This document shows positions 8,137 to 16,681 of a stretch of 64,000 nucleotides of DNA, piece by piece (positions within the stretch are counted from its first letter, which is position 1; every line of letters begins with the position of its first letter). This stretch comes from a virus: the IMG/VR virus record IMGVR_UViG_3300028829_004004, positions 1,352-65,351 of that record. One strand, given 5' to 3'. The notes under the pieces are model-generated. The model worked only from the letters and a program-made list of their open reading frames with translations. It was not told the origin of the DNA and ran no database searches. The position numbers were made by a program, and so were the translations under genes.

Positions 8137-9981
8137 CTATTTCGCCTCAGACCAGTTGTCATGCACCCCTATATCCGCGTCCATGGGTACAGTCATTGGG
8201 TGAGCGTAGCGCATGTGGTACAGGATGATGTCACACACCTCGCTGGTTAGCACTTCCTCACACTCGAAGACTACCTCGTCGTGTACCTCTGCTACTAACC
8301 ACACCCCCTTCCCCCAAAGGTCCAACTCTCTGAGGTCCTCTTTGATATCACGCACCGCAGTCATCAAGTAATGGGCCTCAGCCGCCTGAATGGGTGCGTT
8401 AACCGCTTGGTTCAGGAAGTCTGCTCTCTTGTGCCGGTGGCTGCTTGCGGCATCTATCTCCTCACGGTCATACCTCCGTCGCCTGCCCCATGGGTCGGCA
8501 ATGAAGTAGTTGTATATCACCTGCTTCTCAACATCGTGGTGCCACTTCTGTATACCTGTGTAAGCACTGAAAAAACTGCGCTGAACACGTTCCCATTCCT
8601 TCAAGGGGCCACCGTATTCCTTGTGTAGCTTCCACGGGGTAGCTCCAAAGCTCATAGCAAAGTTGCAGTTCTTCCCAATCTTGCGGGAAGTGTGGGCAAT
8701 ATCGGCTGTCTGCTGGTGGACATCCAGCCCATGGTAAAACCCCTTGAATCCCTTGTCTTTCTCCTTGTTGGAGATAGTCCTCTTGTCTGCTTCCACCCCA
8801 CACTTAGGACACTGGGTTAGGAGGGAGGTACTGTGCCCGGTTACCCGGCATATCTTACACTGCCACGTCGTGTATGCCTCCCGCATCTTCTCATCTCCTG
8901 AGATGTCTGCGATGATCCGAAGCTGCGCTTGGGACAGGTCGGCTACTAATAGCTTACACCCCTCACGGGTACCAATACATTGGCGGATACTCAGAGGACC
9001 GGGAACTACAGGTACGTTCTGCATATTGGGTTTTGAAGACCTCTTGCGCCCGGTGTAAGTGGTCTGCCAGAAGGAGGGGTGAATCCTACCGTCGATAGAT
9101 TCTGTACACTTCTTCTGGAAAGGGTTCAGGTAAGTGTTCAGCATCTTTGATGCATTGCGGTACTCAAGGATGTCCTTACAGAAAGGGTACTTCTCTGACA
9201 AGGTAGTGAGTATCTTCTGGTCTACCTTGTACCCACCCTTTTCTGTAAGCTCCACGTCCTTCTTTGGGAGGCGCACATCATCGAACAACCGCTCCCCCAA
9301 CTTAGGGGAGCGGAGAGAGACATCATACCCTATGTGTGGGTACACCCGCATCTCTGCATCATGGGCTTTCTTCTTGTATGCTTCGACTAGCTCGGGCATG
9401 TGGTTCCAGTGTACTCCATTACGTTCCATATCCGCAACGTACTTGGTCCCATCCATATACAACCAAAACACATCAAGGACTCCGTCCTCCTCAAGGCCGG
9501 GACGCACTACCTCCTGCCACAGACGGAGAGTTTGGCGCACGTCGTCCCGTGCATACTGGGCAAACTTCTTTACATCCGCTTCAGGGATAGCTGGTTCAAG
9601 TAGAGGGAGACCATGGAGGGGGTTAGCCTCGACAAACTCCACCATCTTGTAGCCAAAGTGTTTCTTTACTGAGTATTTAAGTCCTAGTTTCTTCTCGTTT
9701 TCATCTACCAGATTTAGCCCCATCATTGTGTCAGCAATGGCGAGATCATCATACGAATCTATGTACCCTGCAATGAGCAATCCGTTGAGGTCAAACTTCA
9801 GATTGTGCCCAACCCAAAGGTCATCTTTGATAGCCCCTAATTGTGCGTGGATTTCGTCTGGATCACGGGTGTAAATCGTGGCTTCCTCAGTACCATCAGT
9901 GATAGCCAGCCCTTCCATCCTCCATGTCGGGCAGTACAACTCGGTATGATTCGACTCAATGTCTATGCAGATATCTCTCAT
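8137..9981 (-). CDS. polA: Family A DNA polymerase with 3'-5' exonuclease domain
   Basis: Exo I DIE, HNLKFD, motif A DLSQAQLR, motif B KNCNFAMSFG, motif C VHDE; no 5'-3' exonuclease domain. Confidence 0.93.
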   Translation of the reverse strand: MRDICIDIESNHTELYCPTWRMEGLAITDGTEEATIYTRDPDEIHAQLGAIKDDLWVGHNLKFDLNGLLIAGYIDSYDDLAIADTMMGLNLVDENEKKLGLKYSVKKHFGYKMVEFVEANPLHGLPLLEPAIPEADVKKFAQYARDDVRQTLRLWQEVVRPGLEEDGVLDVFWLYMDGTKYVADMERNGVHWNHMPELVEAYKKKAHDAEMRVYPHIGYDVSLRSPKLGERLFDDVRLPKKDVELTEKGGYKVDQKILTTLSEKYPFCKDILEYRNASKMLNTYLNPFQKKCTESIDGRIHPSFWQTTYTGRKRSSKPNMQNVPVVPGPLSIRQCIGTREGCKLLVADLSQAQLRIIADISGDEKMREAYTTWQCKICRVTGHSTSLLTQCPKCGVEADKRTISNKEKDKGFKGFYHGLDVHQQTADIAHTSRKIGKNCNFAMSFGATPWKLHKEYGGPLKEWERVQRSFFSAYTGIQKWHHDVEKQVIYNYFIADPWGRRRRYDREEIDAASSHRHKRADFLNQAVNAPIQAAEAHYLMTAVRDIKEDLRELDLWGKGVWLVAEVHDEVVFECEEVLTSEVCDIILYHMRYAHPMTVPMDADIGVHDNWSEAK

Positions 9982-10961
9982 CGTGATTCCTCAGATTGGT
10001 GCCAGTTCCATGCTGTCTCGACAATGCTGTTGAGGGTCTCAAACCTTGGGGACCATCCCAATAAGTTTCTCGCCTTGTTGGCACACGCCACTAGAACGGG
10101 TGGGTCACCTTGGCGTCTACTGGATACCTTGAACTGGGGAGGTACTCCCGCGACTTGTTCTACTGCTGTGATAACTTGACGAACGGAGTGACCAGTGCCA
10201 AGGCCGAGGTTGAAGGCATCCGTTTCCCCTCCCTTGAGTAGGTAGTCAAGAGCGAGTAGGTGGGCATCCGCGATGTCGGAAACGTGAGTGTAGTCGCGGA
10301 CGCACGTGCCGTCAGGGGTTGGGTAGTCTGTCCCATGTATGGTGATGTGATCTGGTGTGGTAGCAGCCCGGATGACAAGAGGGATAAGGTGGGTTTCCGG
10401 GGAGTGCGCTTCTCCTACCTCCCCGTCGGGGTCCGCCCCCGCGGCGTTGAAGAAGCGAAGAACAACACAGCGGAGAGAGTGGGTGTGGCAGTGCCATTTG
10501 ATCATTCTCTCAGCGAGTAACTTAGACTCACCATACGGGCTGGTGGGATCTTGCGGTGCAGCCTCTTGGATTGGTTGTGAACTGGGGGCACCGTAGGTGG
10601 CACAGCTAGAAGAGAATATCATATGGCGAACAGCGGCCCGCCGCATTGCTTCGAGGAGACCCAAGGTATTAACCGTGTTGTTACGGAAATACTTGTCGGG
10701 TTCCTTCATGGACTCACCCACATAAGCATCCGCGGCACAGTGTACGACTGCGAGAATGGCGTAGACCTCGAAAGTCCGTTGCAGAAGCTGGGTGTCTGCG
10801 AGGTCCCCCACAACGAGAGGCCCCCACTTGACAGCCCATGGGTTACCGTTACGGAAATCGTCGTAAGTAACCGGGGTGAACCCAGCTTGCGCCAAGTGCT
10901 TGCACACCTGACTACCAATGTAACCCGCCCCACCAGTGACTAGAATGTTTTGGCCTCTCAT
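9978..10961 (-). CDS. galE: UDP-glucose 4-epimerase
   Basis: GGAGYIGS, FSSSCATYG, YGESK, ETHLIP, DGTCVRDYTHV. Confidence 0.95.
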   Translation of the reverse strand: MRGQNILVTGGAGYIGSQVCKHLAQAGFTPVTYDDFRNGNPWAVKWGPLVVGDLADTQLLQRTFEVYAILAVVHCAADAYVGESMKEPDKYFRNNTVNTLGLLEAMRRAAVRHMIFSSSCATYGAPSSQPIQEAAPQDPTSPYGESKLLAERMIKWHCHTHSLRCVVLRFFNAAGADPDGEVGEAHSPETHLIPLVIRAATTPDHITIHGTDYPTPDGTCVRDYTHVSDIADAHLLALDYLLKGGETDAFNLGLGTGHSVRQVITAVEQVAGVPPQFKVSSRRQGDPPVLVACANKARNLLGWSPRFETLNSIVETAWNWHQSEESR

Positions 10962-10962
10962 C

Positions 10963-11256
10963 CTACTCAGTTAGCATCCATTTAGGTATCTCAAGAGTAG
11001 CACGAATAGGGGATACCTCCTCTCCTCTGTCAAAGGAGTGAATCCACTCCTTTACCCTGTCAGGGTTCTCAATGATAGGGTCTGCATCTGGGTGGCTGTC
11101 CTCCCGACAATAGCTTATGTAGGGACCGGCTACACCGAAGTATATATCCTTCTTCACTCTCCTCCCAATCGCTAGAGAGAAAGGGCAGAAGCACACCGAT
11201 CTTGGTTGCCCCATATCAATATCATTCTGGGTGACGTTGACTCTTACTTTTACCAT
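10963..11256 (-). CDS. Hypothetical phage protein
   Basis: Probable start at ATG 11256 with GGAG RBS (MVKVRVNVTQNDIDMG...CPFSLAI). Confidence 0.6.
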   Translation of the reverse strand: MVKVRVNVTQNDIDMGQPRSVCFCPFSLAIGRRVKKDIYFGVAGPYISYCREDSHPDADPIIENPDRVKEWIHSFDRGEEVSPIRATLEIPKWMLTE

Positions 11257-11312
11257 CTCTACTCCCGTTACCTCTACTACCATTTCATTTACCCTTTGCA
11301 AACGTTTGCATT

Positions 11313-11504
11313 TCAGTTCTTCTTCCCAAATTCTCGGTCGAGGCGCGCTTGCCAATCAGAGTTTATCCTGTCAAGCTCATCCGCTAACTCTCGTAGGTTA
11401 CGGGCAGCATAGGCACCACCTGTATTCCACCAGTAGATAAGACCGTCCACGTCTTGTACAAACTCCTCGCGTTCATACGCTAATTCCACGATGCTCACTG
11501 CCAT
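11313..11504 (-). CDS. Hypothetical protein
   Basis: Start overlaps upstream stop; operon packing. Confidence 0.55.
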   Translation of the reverse strand: MAVSIVELAYEREEFVQDVDGLIYWWNTGGAYAARNLRELADELDRINSDWQARLDREFGKKN

Positions 11505-12331
11505 TAGATTATGCCCTTAGCGATGTCGATCATCCCTTCTGCCCAGTGGTCAGTAGAGAAGCGGGCACGGACGAACTCCATCCCCTTCTTAGCAATCGCT
11601 GCACGCTCCTCAGGATTGTTCAGGTAGTAGTCAATCTTGTCGGAGAAATCATCGACGCCTTGGAACGTACCGAGGTGTTCGCCGGGGGTGAACGTGTCAG
11701 TGATCTCGTCGCACTCATTTGTTAGGATGAACCCTCCTGCTGCCATGATCTTAAACAACCGATCTGAGAACCCACCCAAACCCGGTTGAGTGAAGTTCAA
11801 GTTGATACGAGTCTCTGACACAGCAATGGCGTGCTCCTCCGGGGTGGCCTTACGACGGAACGGGAACTCCCGTGTATTCTTGTACTCCCTCCGGTGCCAG
11901 TTCTTGATCCGTCCTAGAAAGAGGACATCCCTAACTTTGGGAACGTCGCGGGGGTAGTCAAAGAGAGGATCGTACCCCTCAAACACATGGGGGACACTAA
12001 GCTGCTCCGCTAGTAAACGACTGTGATGTACCATCACCGTAGCGTTTCTCGCCCGCCGACGCTCACGCCCCGACCAGTGGTCTGTACCATCATTGTACCA
12101 ATAGATTGTAGGGATCTTATCAGTCAACTCCTTGACATGTACAGGGTGGAACCCTCGGTACTTCCACACAATTGCGACATCCTTACCGGGGATGTTGTCC
12201 ATCAAGTCTTTGTACACCTGAGGGTTACCGTTGTACTCAACAGGAGTTACCTCATGTCCTAGTTTCTCAAGAGCGCGGACCTTCCCTGCCCCTACCCCTG
12301 TTGCAAACCTACCGCCGAAAACGATCTTCAT
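11504..12331 (-). CDS. GT-B glycosyltransferase (CgeB / Glyco_trans_1_2-like)
   Basis: RINLNF...SDRLFKIMAAGGFILT...KIDYYLNNPEERAAIA C-terminal signature. Confidence 0.85.
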   Translation of the reverse strand: MKIVFGGRFATGVGAGKVRALEKLGHEVTPVEYNGNPQVYKDLMDNIPGKDVAIVWKYRGFHPVHVKELTDKIPTIYWYNDGTDHWSGRERRRARNATVMVHHSRLLAEQLSVPHVFEGYDPLFDYPRDVPKVRDVLFLGRIKNWHRREYKNTREFPFRRKATPEEHAIAVSETRINLNFTQPGLGGFSDRLFKIMAAGGFILTNECDEITDTFTPGEHLGTFQGVDDFSDKIDYYLNNPEERAAIAKKGMEFVRARFSTDHWAEGMIDIAKGII

Positions 12332-12358
12332 TTTACCATACCTTTAAGAGTCAGTGTT

Positions 12359-12414
12359 AAAAAAAGACCCGCGATTTCAGCGTGGCTCAGGAACAGGACG
12401 CTTACTCTCGCGGG
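12359..12414 (-). terminator. Rho-independent terminator-like hairpin after ssb
   Basis: CCCGCGA/TCGCGGG stem with inner AGCGT/ACGCT stem, followed by a T7 run on the - strand. Confidence 0.65.
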
Positions 12415-12427
12415 GGTTAAGATTATA

Positions 12428-13099
12428 CTAGAAAGGAGGGTCGTCCAACACAGGCGCCGCGGATGCTGCCCCCACTGGGGCGCCACCAAACTGAGTGACT
12501 ACCTCGTTCATCGCATCCACATTAGGCATGAGGATCTCTGCGAAGTCGTAGTCGTCGGTGTCCTTGAACTCCCAGTTGTCAAGGTCAATCATCTTACGGA
12601 ACTCGAAGTCCTCACCTACTCCGGGAGACTTGGGGTCTTTGCCACGGAAGATGCGGAAAGCCGCGCCGCGAAGCGTGTGTCCATCTTCTTTGAGAAGACG
12701 ACGCTTACGCTCAATGGTTTCCCATACCCCTGACTTGGCAATGAACAGGCGCTTGGTGAACCGGTGTTCGTTGCCATCCTTGTCTGTCCATGGGGAGCAG
12801 TCCACTACCGTGAACGCTGCCGCTTGGTACTTGTTGAAGCTCAAGTCACAGTAGCCACAAGGCTCATCCAAGGGGGACATACACGTTCCCCAATTGCGGT
12901 AGGAACTACCAGACTTCCAGTTGTGCTCCAAGTAAATGAAGGGTTCCTCTGTGAGGAATACCACGGACTTTTCGCTGTCCTTAGGCATCCAGAAGCGGTT
13001 GCCCGCAGGGGATCGTTTGCCGCCGGACTCTTTTGCCTTGCGCTCTTTTTCCATAGCTGCACTGCCTGCGTCGAATCCGCGTTTGAACCAGTTTTTCAT
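12428..13099 (-). CDS. Phage single-stranded DNA-binding protein (gp32-like)
   Basis: RFW...VVF...EH...C...CGYC Zn site, acidic tail ending DDPPF, located in replication module. Confidence 0.7.
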   Translation of the reverse strand: MKNWFKRGFDAGSAAMEKERKAKESGGKRSPAGNRFWMPKDSEKSVVFLTEEPFIYLEHNWKSGSSYRNWGTCMSPLDEPCGYCDLSFNKYQAAAFTVVDCSPWTDKDGNEHRFTKRLFIAKSGVWETIERKRRLLKEDGHTLRGAAFRIFRGKDPKSPGVGEDFEFRKMIDLDNWEFKDTDDYDFAEILMPNVDAMNEVVTQFGGAPVGAASAAPVLDDPPF

Positions 13100-14082
13100 A
13101 ATGATATTGTCTCTCTAAACTCGTGTAATTGTAACTCGTTGGGGTCTTTGTTTGGGGGTAGTTTCTCGGTCAAATCTTCACAGCATGGTACTCTCCTTTC
13201 AAGTAGTTTGTGGGCTTGGTTGGCGCCTTTATTGCCAGCCGTGTCGTTGTCGAACATAACCCATGTTAGTAATTGTTCAAGTTCGATTTGGTCAATTTGT
13301 TCTCGGCTTATTGAACAGCCGCTGATAGCCACTGGCATTACTATCCCCGCCAACCCTAGCTTTGTTAGATGCTGCCAACAGCGCATGGCGTCAAATGGAC
13401 CTTCAACCAGTATGTATGTTTTCGTTTCTCCCTCATAGTAAACGGGGGAGACAAAGCCTAACTCTGTCCTCGTTCCCCAGTAATGTTTCCACTTGTTGTC
13501 ATCCTCACCGAGGGTTCTCCCACTTGCTCCTACAAACTTACCGGCAAGGGTATACACCGGGAACACTACCCGGTTATCCCTCTCATCCCACCGGCACCCA
13601 AAGTCGCGCCAAGTACGGGAGTCGAACCCTCGCTGAATGAGGTAATGCCCACCGGGATTGCAAACGGTTGCATTGGGGAGGTTGGTGTCAAACCAATTCC
13701 AGAGAGGGTCCATGTCATACACCTCCCTCACGTACTGTGGAGTACCTAGCCCACCTACAACGCGGCTTATTAAGGTGGATGGTCTACTCTCCTCAGCCAT
13801 CAATGCCTGCCCCATCTCCCTAAGCTGGTCGCTCCCGCTGTAGATGGAGAGGGTGGTGAACAGTTGCCAGAACTTCCCCTTCTGCCCGCAACCGAAGCAG
13901 CGAAACGTGGAGGCACCATCATCATGGACTGACACAGTGAAGGAGGGATTAGCGTCTGACCCCTCATGTGTCCACTGTGCGAATGGGCAAGAGAACTTCA
14001 AGTGATTGTTATTCTTCTGGATCGACAACTTGTCGGTTAGTCCTGCTGCCAACACATAATCTGTTACTTGATTCAGGTCCAT
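13096..14082 (-). CDS. DNA primase (Zn finger + TOPRIM)
   Basis: CPF...H...CFGCG Zn finger, LVEGPFDA and FDNDTAG TOPRIM motifs. Confidence 0.9.
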   Translation of the reverse strand: MDLNQVTDYVLAAGLTDKLSIQKNNNHLKFSCPFAQWTHEGSDANPSFTVSVHDDGASTFRCFGCGQKGKFWQLFTTLSIYSGSDQLREMGQALMAEESRPSTLISRVVGGLGTPQYVREVYDMDPLWNWFDTNLPNATVCNPGGHYLIQRGFDSRTWRDFGCRWDERDNRVVFPVYTLAGKFVGASGRTLGEDDNKWKHYWGTRTELGFVSPVYYEGETKTYILVEGPFDAMRCWQHLTKLGLAGIVMPVAISGCSISREQIDQIELEQLLTWVMFDNDTAGNKGANQAHKLLERRVPCCEDLTEKLPPNKDPNELQLHEFRETISL

Positions 14083-14084
14083 GC

Positions 14085-15341
14085 CTAGTACGCCCCTTCT
14101 TCAAAGAGTTCTACCTTCTCAGAGTAGTCAAACTTCTTGTAGTCCCAGTTGGTCTTAAAGGAAGCTGTCCTCTTCTCCGCATCACGTAGCTTGAGGAACT
14201 GCCAGTTCATCTCCTTAGCCAACTCAAGGTCCTCGTTTTGTGAGAGGGCTACAACCACGTCAGGGTTGATCAACCACTCCTTAGCGTAGCGGACATTCCA
14301 CCTCTCAGTGGACCCCTTGGTCATCCCCTTACCTGTCTCTGCTGCGTCCCCTAGCTGAGTGGTGACAACCCATGGGATGTTGGTGACTATTACCGCCCGC
14401 TGTAACTCTTCGATTACCCGGACCTGTTTCTCCCAATCGCCGCGGGTGCCTTTGGCTCGGAGTCGGTACCCACCGTCAAGCAATACCATGCGAGGTTTGT
14501 ACCTGTAGCAAAGAGACAGGATGTCGTCTACGCAATTCACATACTGACTATCAGCAATCTTCACGTCGCCACCGGGGGAATCCATCTCCTCTGCCATCGC
14601 GTTAGCCCACCGCTCTTCCTGTGCTGGGCTGAGTGTACCGTCACGTAGCTCAGTGAAGTCTAGTTGGTAACGGACGGAGTCGAGGCGGCGAGAGATACGT
14701 GCTTGTGCCATCTCAGTTGACACTATCAGAACACACTCGTCCTCTTTTATCTTCCGAGAGGCGTCAAGTGCTGAGATGATAAGACTCCACGTCTTGCCCA
14801 CCGTGGTGAAGCCCGCTAATACGTACAGGGTAGCCTCACACCACCCACCTGTCCACTTATCGAAACTCTCCCACATGGAGGGGATGGAACCCTCAGACTC
14901 CTTCGCCTTGTAATACGCTTCAAGACGCTCATCTGCGCTGAGTTTGAATGACTTGACCGAATCCTCTTTGACTAACTCTGCCTGAAGCCCATCGAGTTGG
15001 GAGAAAAGAGCGAGGGCTTCCTCTACCTCGTTCTTTGAAACCTTATCCATACCCTCATCTAAGATGGGGGACATCTGCTGTAGCACATGTCTCTTCTTGA
15101 TGAGAGTGATTAGGTGGTCAAGGTCCCCCTCTTCCACCTCATGGGTTAGGTCTATTGGGAACTTATCCCCCACCTCGAAGGTGGTGGGAGTGCGGCCTCG
15201 TACACGGCACTCTCGGAGGTAAGTGAAGGCGTCTCGCGACTCACCAAGGAAGTGGTCATCCGAGACGCCCGAGGATATTACCTGCTCATAGGAGGAGTAT
15301 GCCAGCACATGCTGAATGATTCTTGAGCCGATCGCTCCCAT
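14085..15341 (-). CDS. dnaB: DnaB-like replicative helicase
   Basis: LAGFTTVGKT Walker A, VSTEM, LLDGGY, TTQL motifs. Confidence 0.85.
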   Translation of the reverse strand: MGAIGSRIIQHVLAYSSYEQVISSGVSDDHFLGESRDAFTYLRECRVRGRTPTTFEVGDKFPIDLTHEVEEGDLDHLITLIKKRHVLQQMSPILDEGMDKVSKNEVEEALALFSQLDGLQAELVKEDSVKSFKLSADERLEAYYKAKESEGSIPSMWESFDKWTGGWCEATLYVLAGFTTVGKTWSLIISALDASRKIKEDECVLIVSTEMAQARISRRLDSVRYQLDFTELRDGTLSPAQEERWANAMAEEMDSPGGDVKIADSQYVNCVDDILSLCYRYKPRMVLLDGGYRLRAKGTRGDWEKQVRVIEELQRAVIVTNIPWVVTTQLGDAAETGKGMTKGSTERWNVRYAKEWLINPDVVVALSQNEDLELAKEMNWQFLKLRDAEKRTASFKTNWDYKKFDYSEKVELFEEGAY

Positions 15342-15916
15342 TAGTGGATACCTAGACGTTTAGACATTCTCGTTACTCGCTCTGCTCGGAAGTCCTTCCC
15401 GCCGATCTTGACCGGGTAGGTCGCCTCCCTACAAGCCTCATATAGGCCCTTCGCCTGTTTCTCTAACTGAGACAAAGGCATGTTTGTGGTCAGGATAGTA
15501 GGCTTCAACTCTGAGGTGCGGTACCTGAGAAGCTGCTCCACACGTCCTAAGGAATAGATGCGAGTCTTGTCATGGATTAACTCATCAATCACCAGCAACT
15601 CTGCTTCCTCCATCCTGTGGACGTAGGACTCGTACTCGTCAAACCGCGTGCTCTCAACGTAGTACTCTGCGATCTTATCGAATCGCACAAACAGCGCGGT
15701 CTTCGCTGCCTCTATGATTTTCTTTAGGGCAACACAGGCTATCGCGGTTTTCCCTGAGCCGTGGTCCCCCCAGAGGAGTAACCCCTGCCCCTCTGAAACC
15801 ATACGCGGTAACTCATTTAGATAGCCGGTGACTATCTCTGAACTTATCTGCTCTTCAAGGGCACCCTCTCCCCAGTACAGCTTGGGTACCCTTGCCCGTT
15901 GTAAATACTTACTCAC
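15341..15916 (-). CDS. DnaC/IstB-like helicase loader ATPase
   Basis: GDHGSGKT, LLVIDEL, LRYR...PTILTTN. Confidence 0.85.
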   Translation of the reverse strand: MSKYLQRARVPKLYWGEGALEEQISSEIVTGYLNELPRMVSEGQGLLLWGDHGSGKTAIACVALKKIIEAAKTALFVRFDKIAEYYVESTRFDEYESYVHRMEEAELLVIDELIHDKTRIYSLGRVEQLLRYRTSELKPTILTTNMPLSQLEKQAKGLYEACREATYPVKIGGKDFRAERVTRMSKRLGIH

Positions 15917-16616
15917 TGAATCCTGCCTCCGGTGAATCGTCTTCTTTGAATCGCTTTAGCAGTGTCCGCTCATCAATAAAACCTGTGACCATAGTGTCAC
16001 GGATTCGCCCAAAGAAGGACCCGGTGGCTAGTAAGTTGAGGGAAGGGGTTCCCTTCACCTTGAACTTCTCTTTGATCTCATCCCAGTTTTCCATGTAGAA
16101 GTGGACTGTCTTAACGTACCCGTCGAAGTCATCTGCCAACCAAGTTAGCAAACGTTTGCAATAGACACTTCCCATCTTGCTGCTGAGGGGGTAGGTTTTC
16201 TCGAACTTCTCCTCGTAGGCTTCCTTGAATACGTTGAAGGCTTTGCCTGAGGAGTGGCGTTTCTTCTTACCGAAAGCAGGGGCCGCTTTCTCAGTCAGTA
16301 TCGAGTTCAACCCTGCGTTCCTGCTCTTAGTGAGTTTCTCTTTTACTGACTCTGCTATCTTCGTTGCCGGGATAATGTGGTACTCCATCTCGGTTGCTTC
16401 ATACTGAATAGGTCGGTTGTCTTCCGACAAAAGGCGTCGCCTCTTTAAGTCGGATATAGAAGCGGATACCCGACTAGGTAGCATCCCTAGTTGGGTGCTC
16501 ATCTCCTTTACTGAGGGCGTCTCCTCAAAGCAACACAGAAGAGCATATACTGCAATTGAGTTAGGGTTAGCTGTTGCGAACGCACCGGCCTGCAACGCCT
16601 GTAGGAAGTGTTCCAT
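15909..16616 (-). CDS. Putative replication initiator (N-terminal winged HTH)
   Basis: HTH-like PSVKEMSTQLGMLPSRVSASISDLKRRRLL; lies directly upstream of the DnaC-like gene as in lambdoid/SPP1-type modules. Confidence 0.6.
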   Translation of the reverse strand: MEHFLQALQAGAFATANPNSIAVYALLCCFEETPSVKEMSTQLGMLPSRVSASISDLKRRRLLSEDNRPIQYEATEMEYHIIPATKIAESVKEKLTKSRNAGLNSILTEKAAPAFGKKKRHSSGKAFNVFKEAYEEKFEKTYPLSSKMGSVYCKRLLTWLADDFDGYVKTVHFYMENWDEIKEKFKVKGTPSLNLLATGSFFGRIRDTMVTGFIDERTLLKRFKEDDSPEAGFSE

Positions 16617-16639
16617 GATTCTCCTTTTGGGTTGGGTCT

Positions 16640-16667
16640 AATATACACAACCTTGTACAGTAGTCAA
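16640..16667 (-). promoter_or_regulatory. Putative sigma70-type promoter of the replication operon
   Basis: TTGACT-N16-TATATT on the - strand followed by AAGGAG RBS and ATG at 16616. Confidence 0.55.
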
Positions 16668-16681
16668 CCCGGAAAGGAGAA

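Noticed and set aside
8137-14087. Amber (TAG) stop-codon reassignment suggested by the CTA-centred tRNA-like loop
   Set aside because: Core genes are full length in the standard code, and TAG is used as a true stop (polA 8137, ssb 12428, dnaB 14085 directly before the next ATG)
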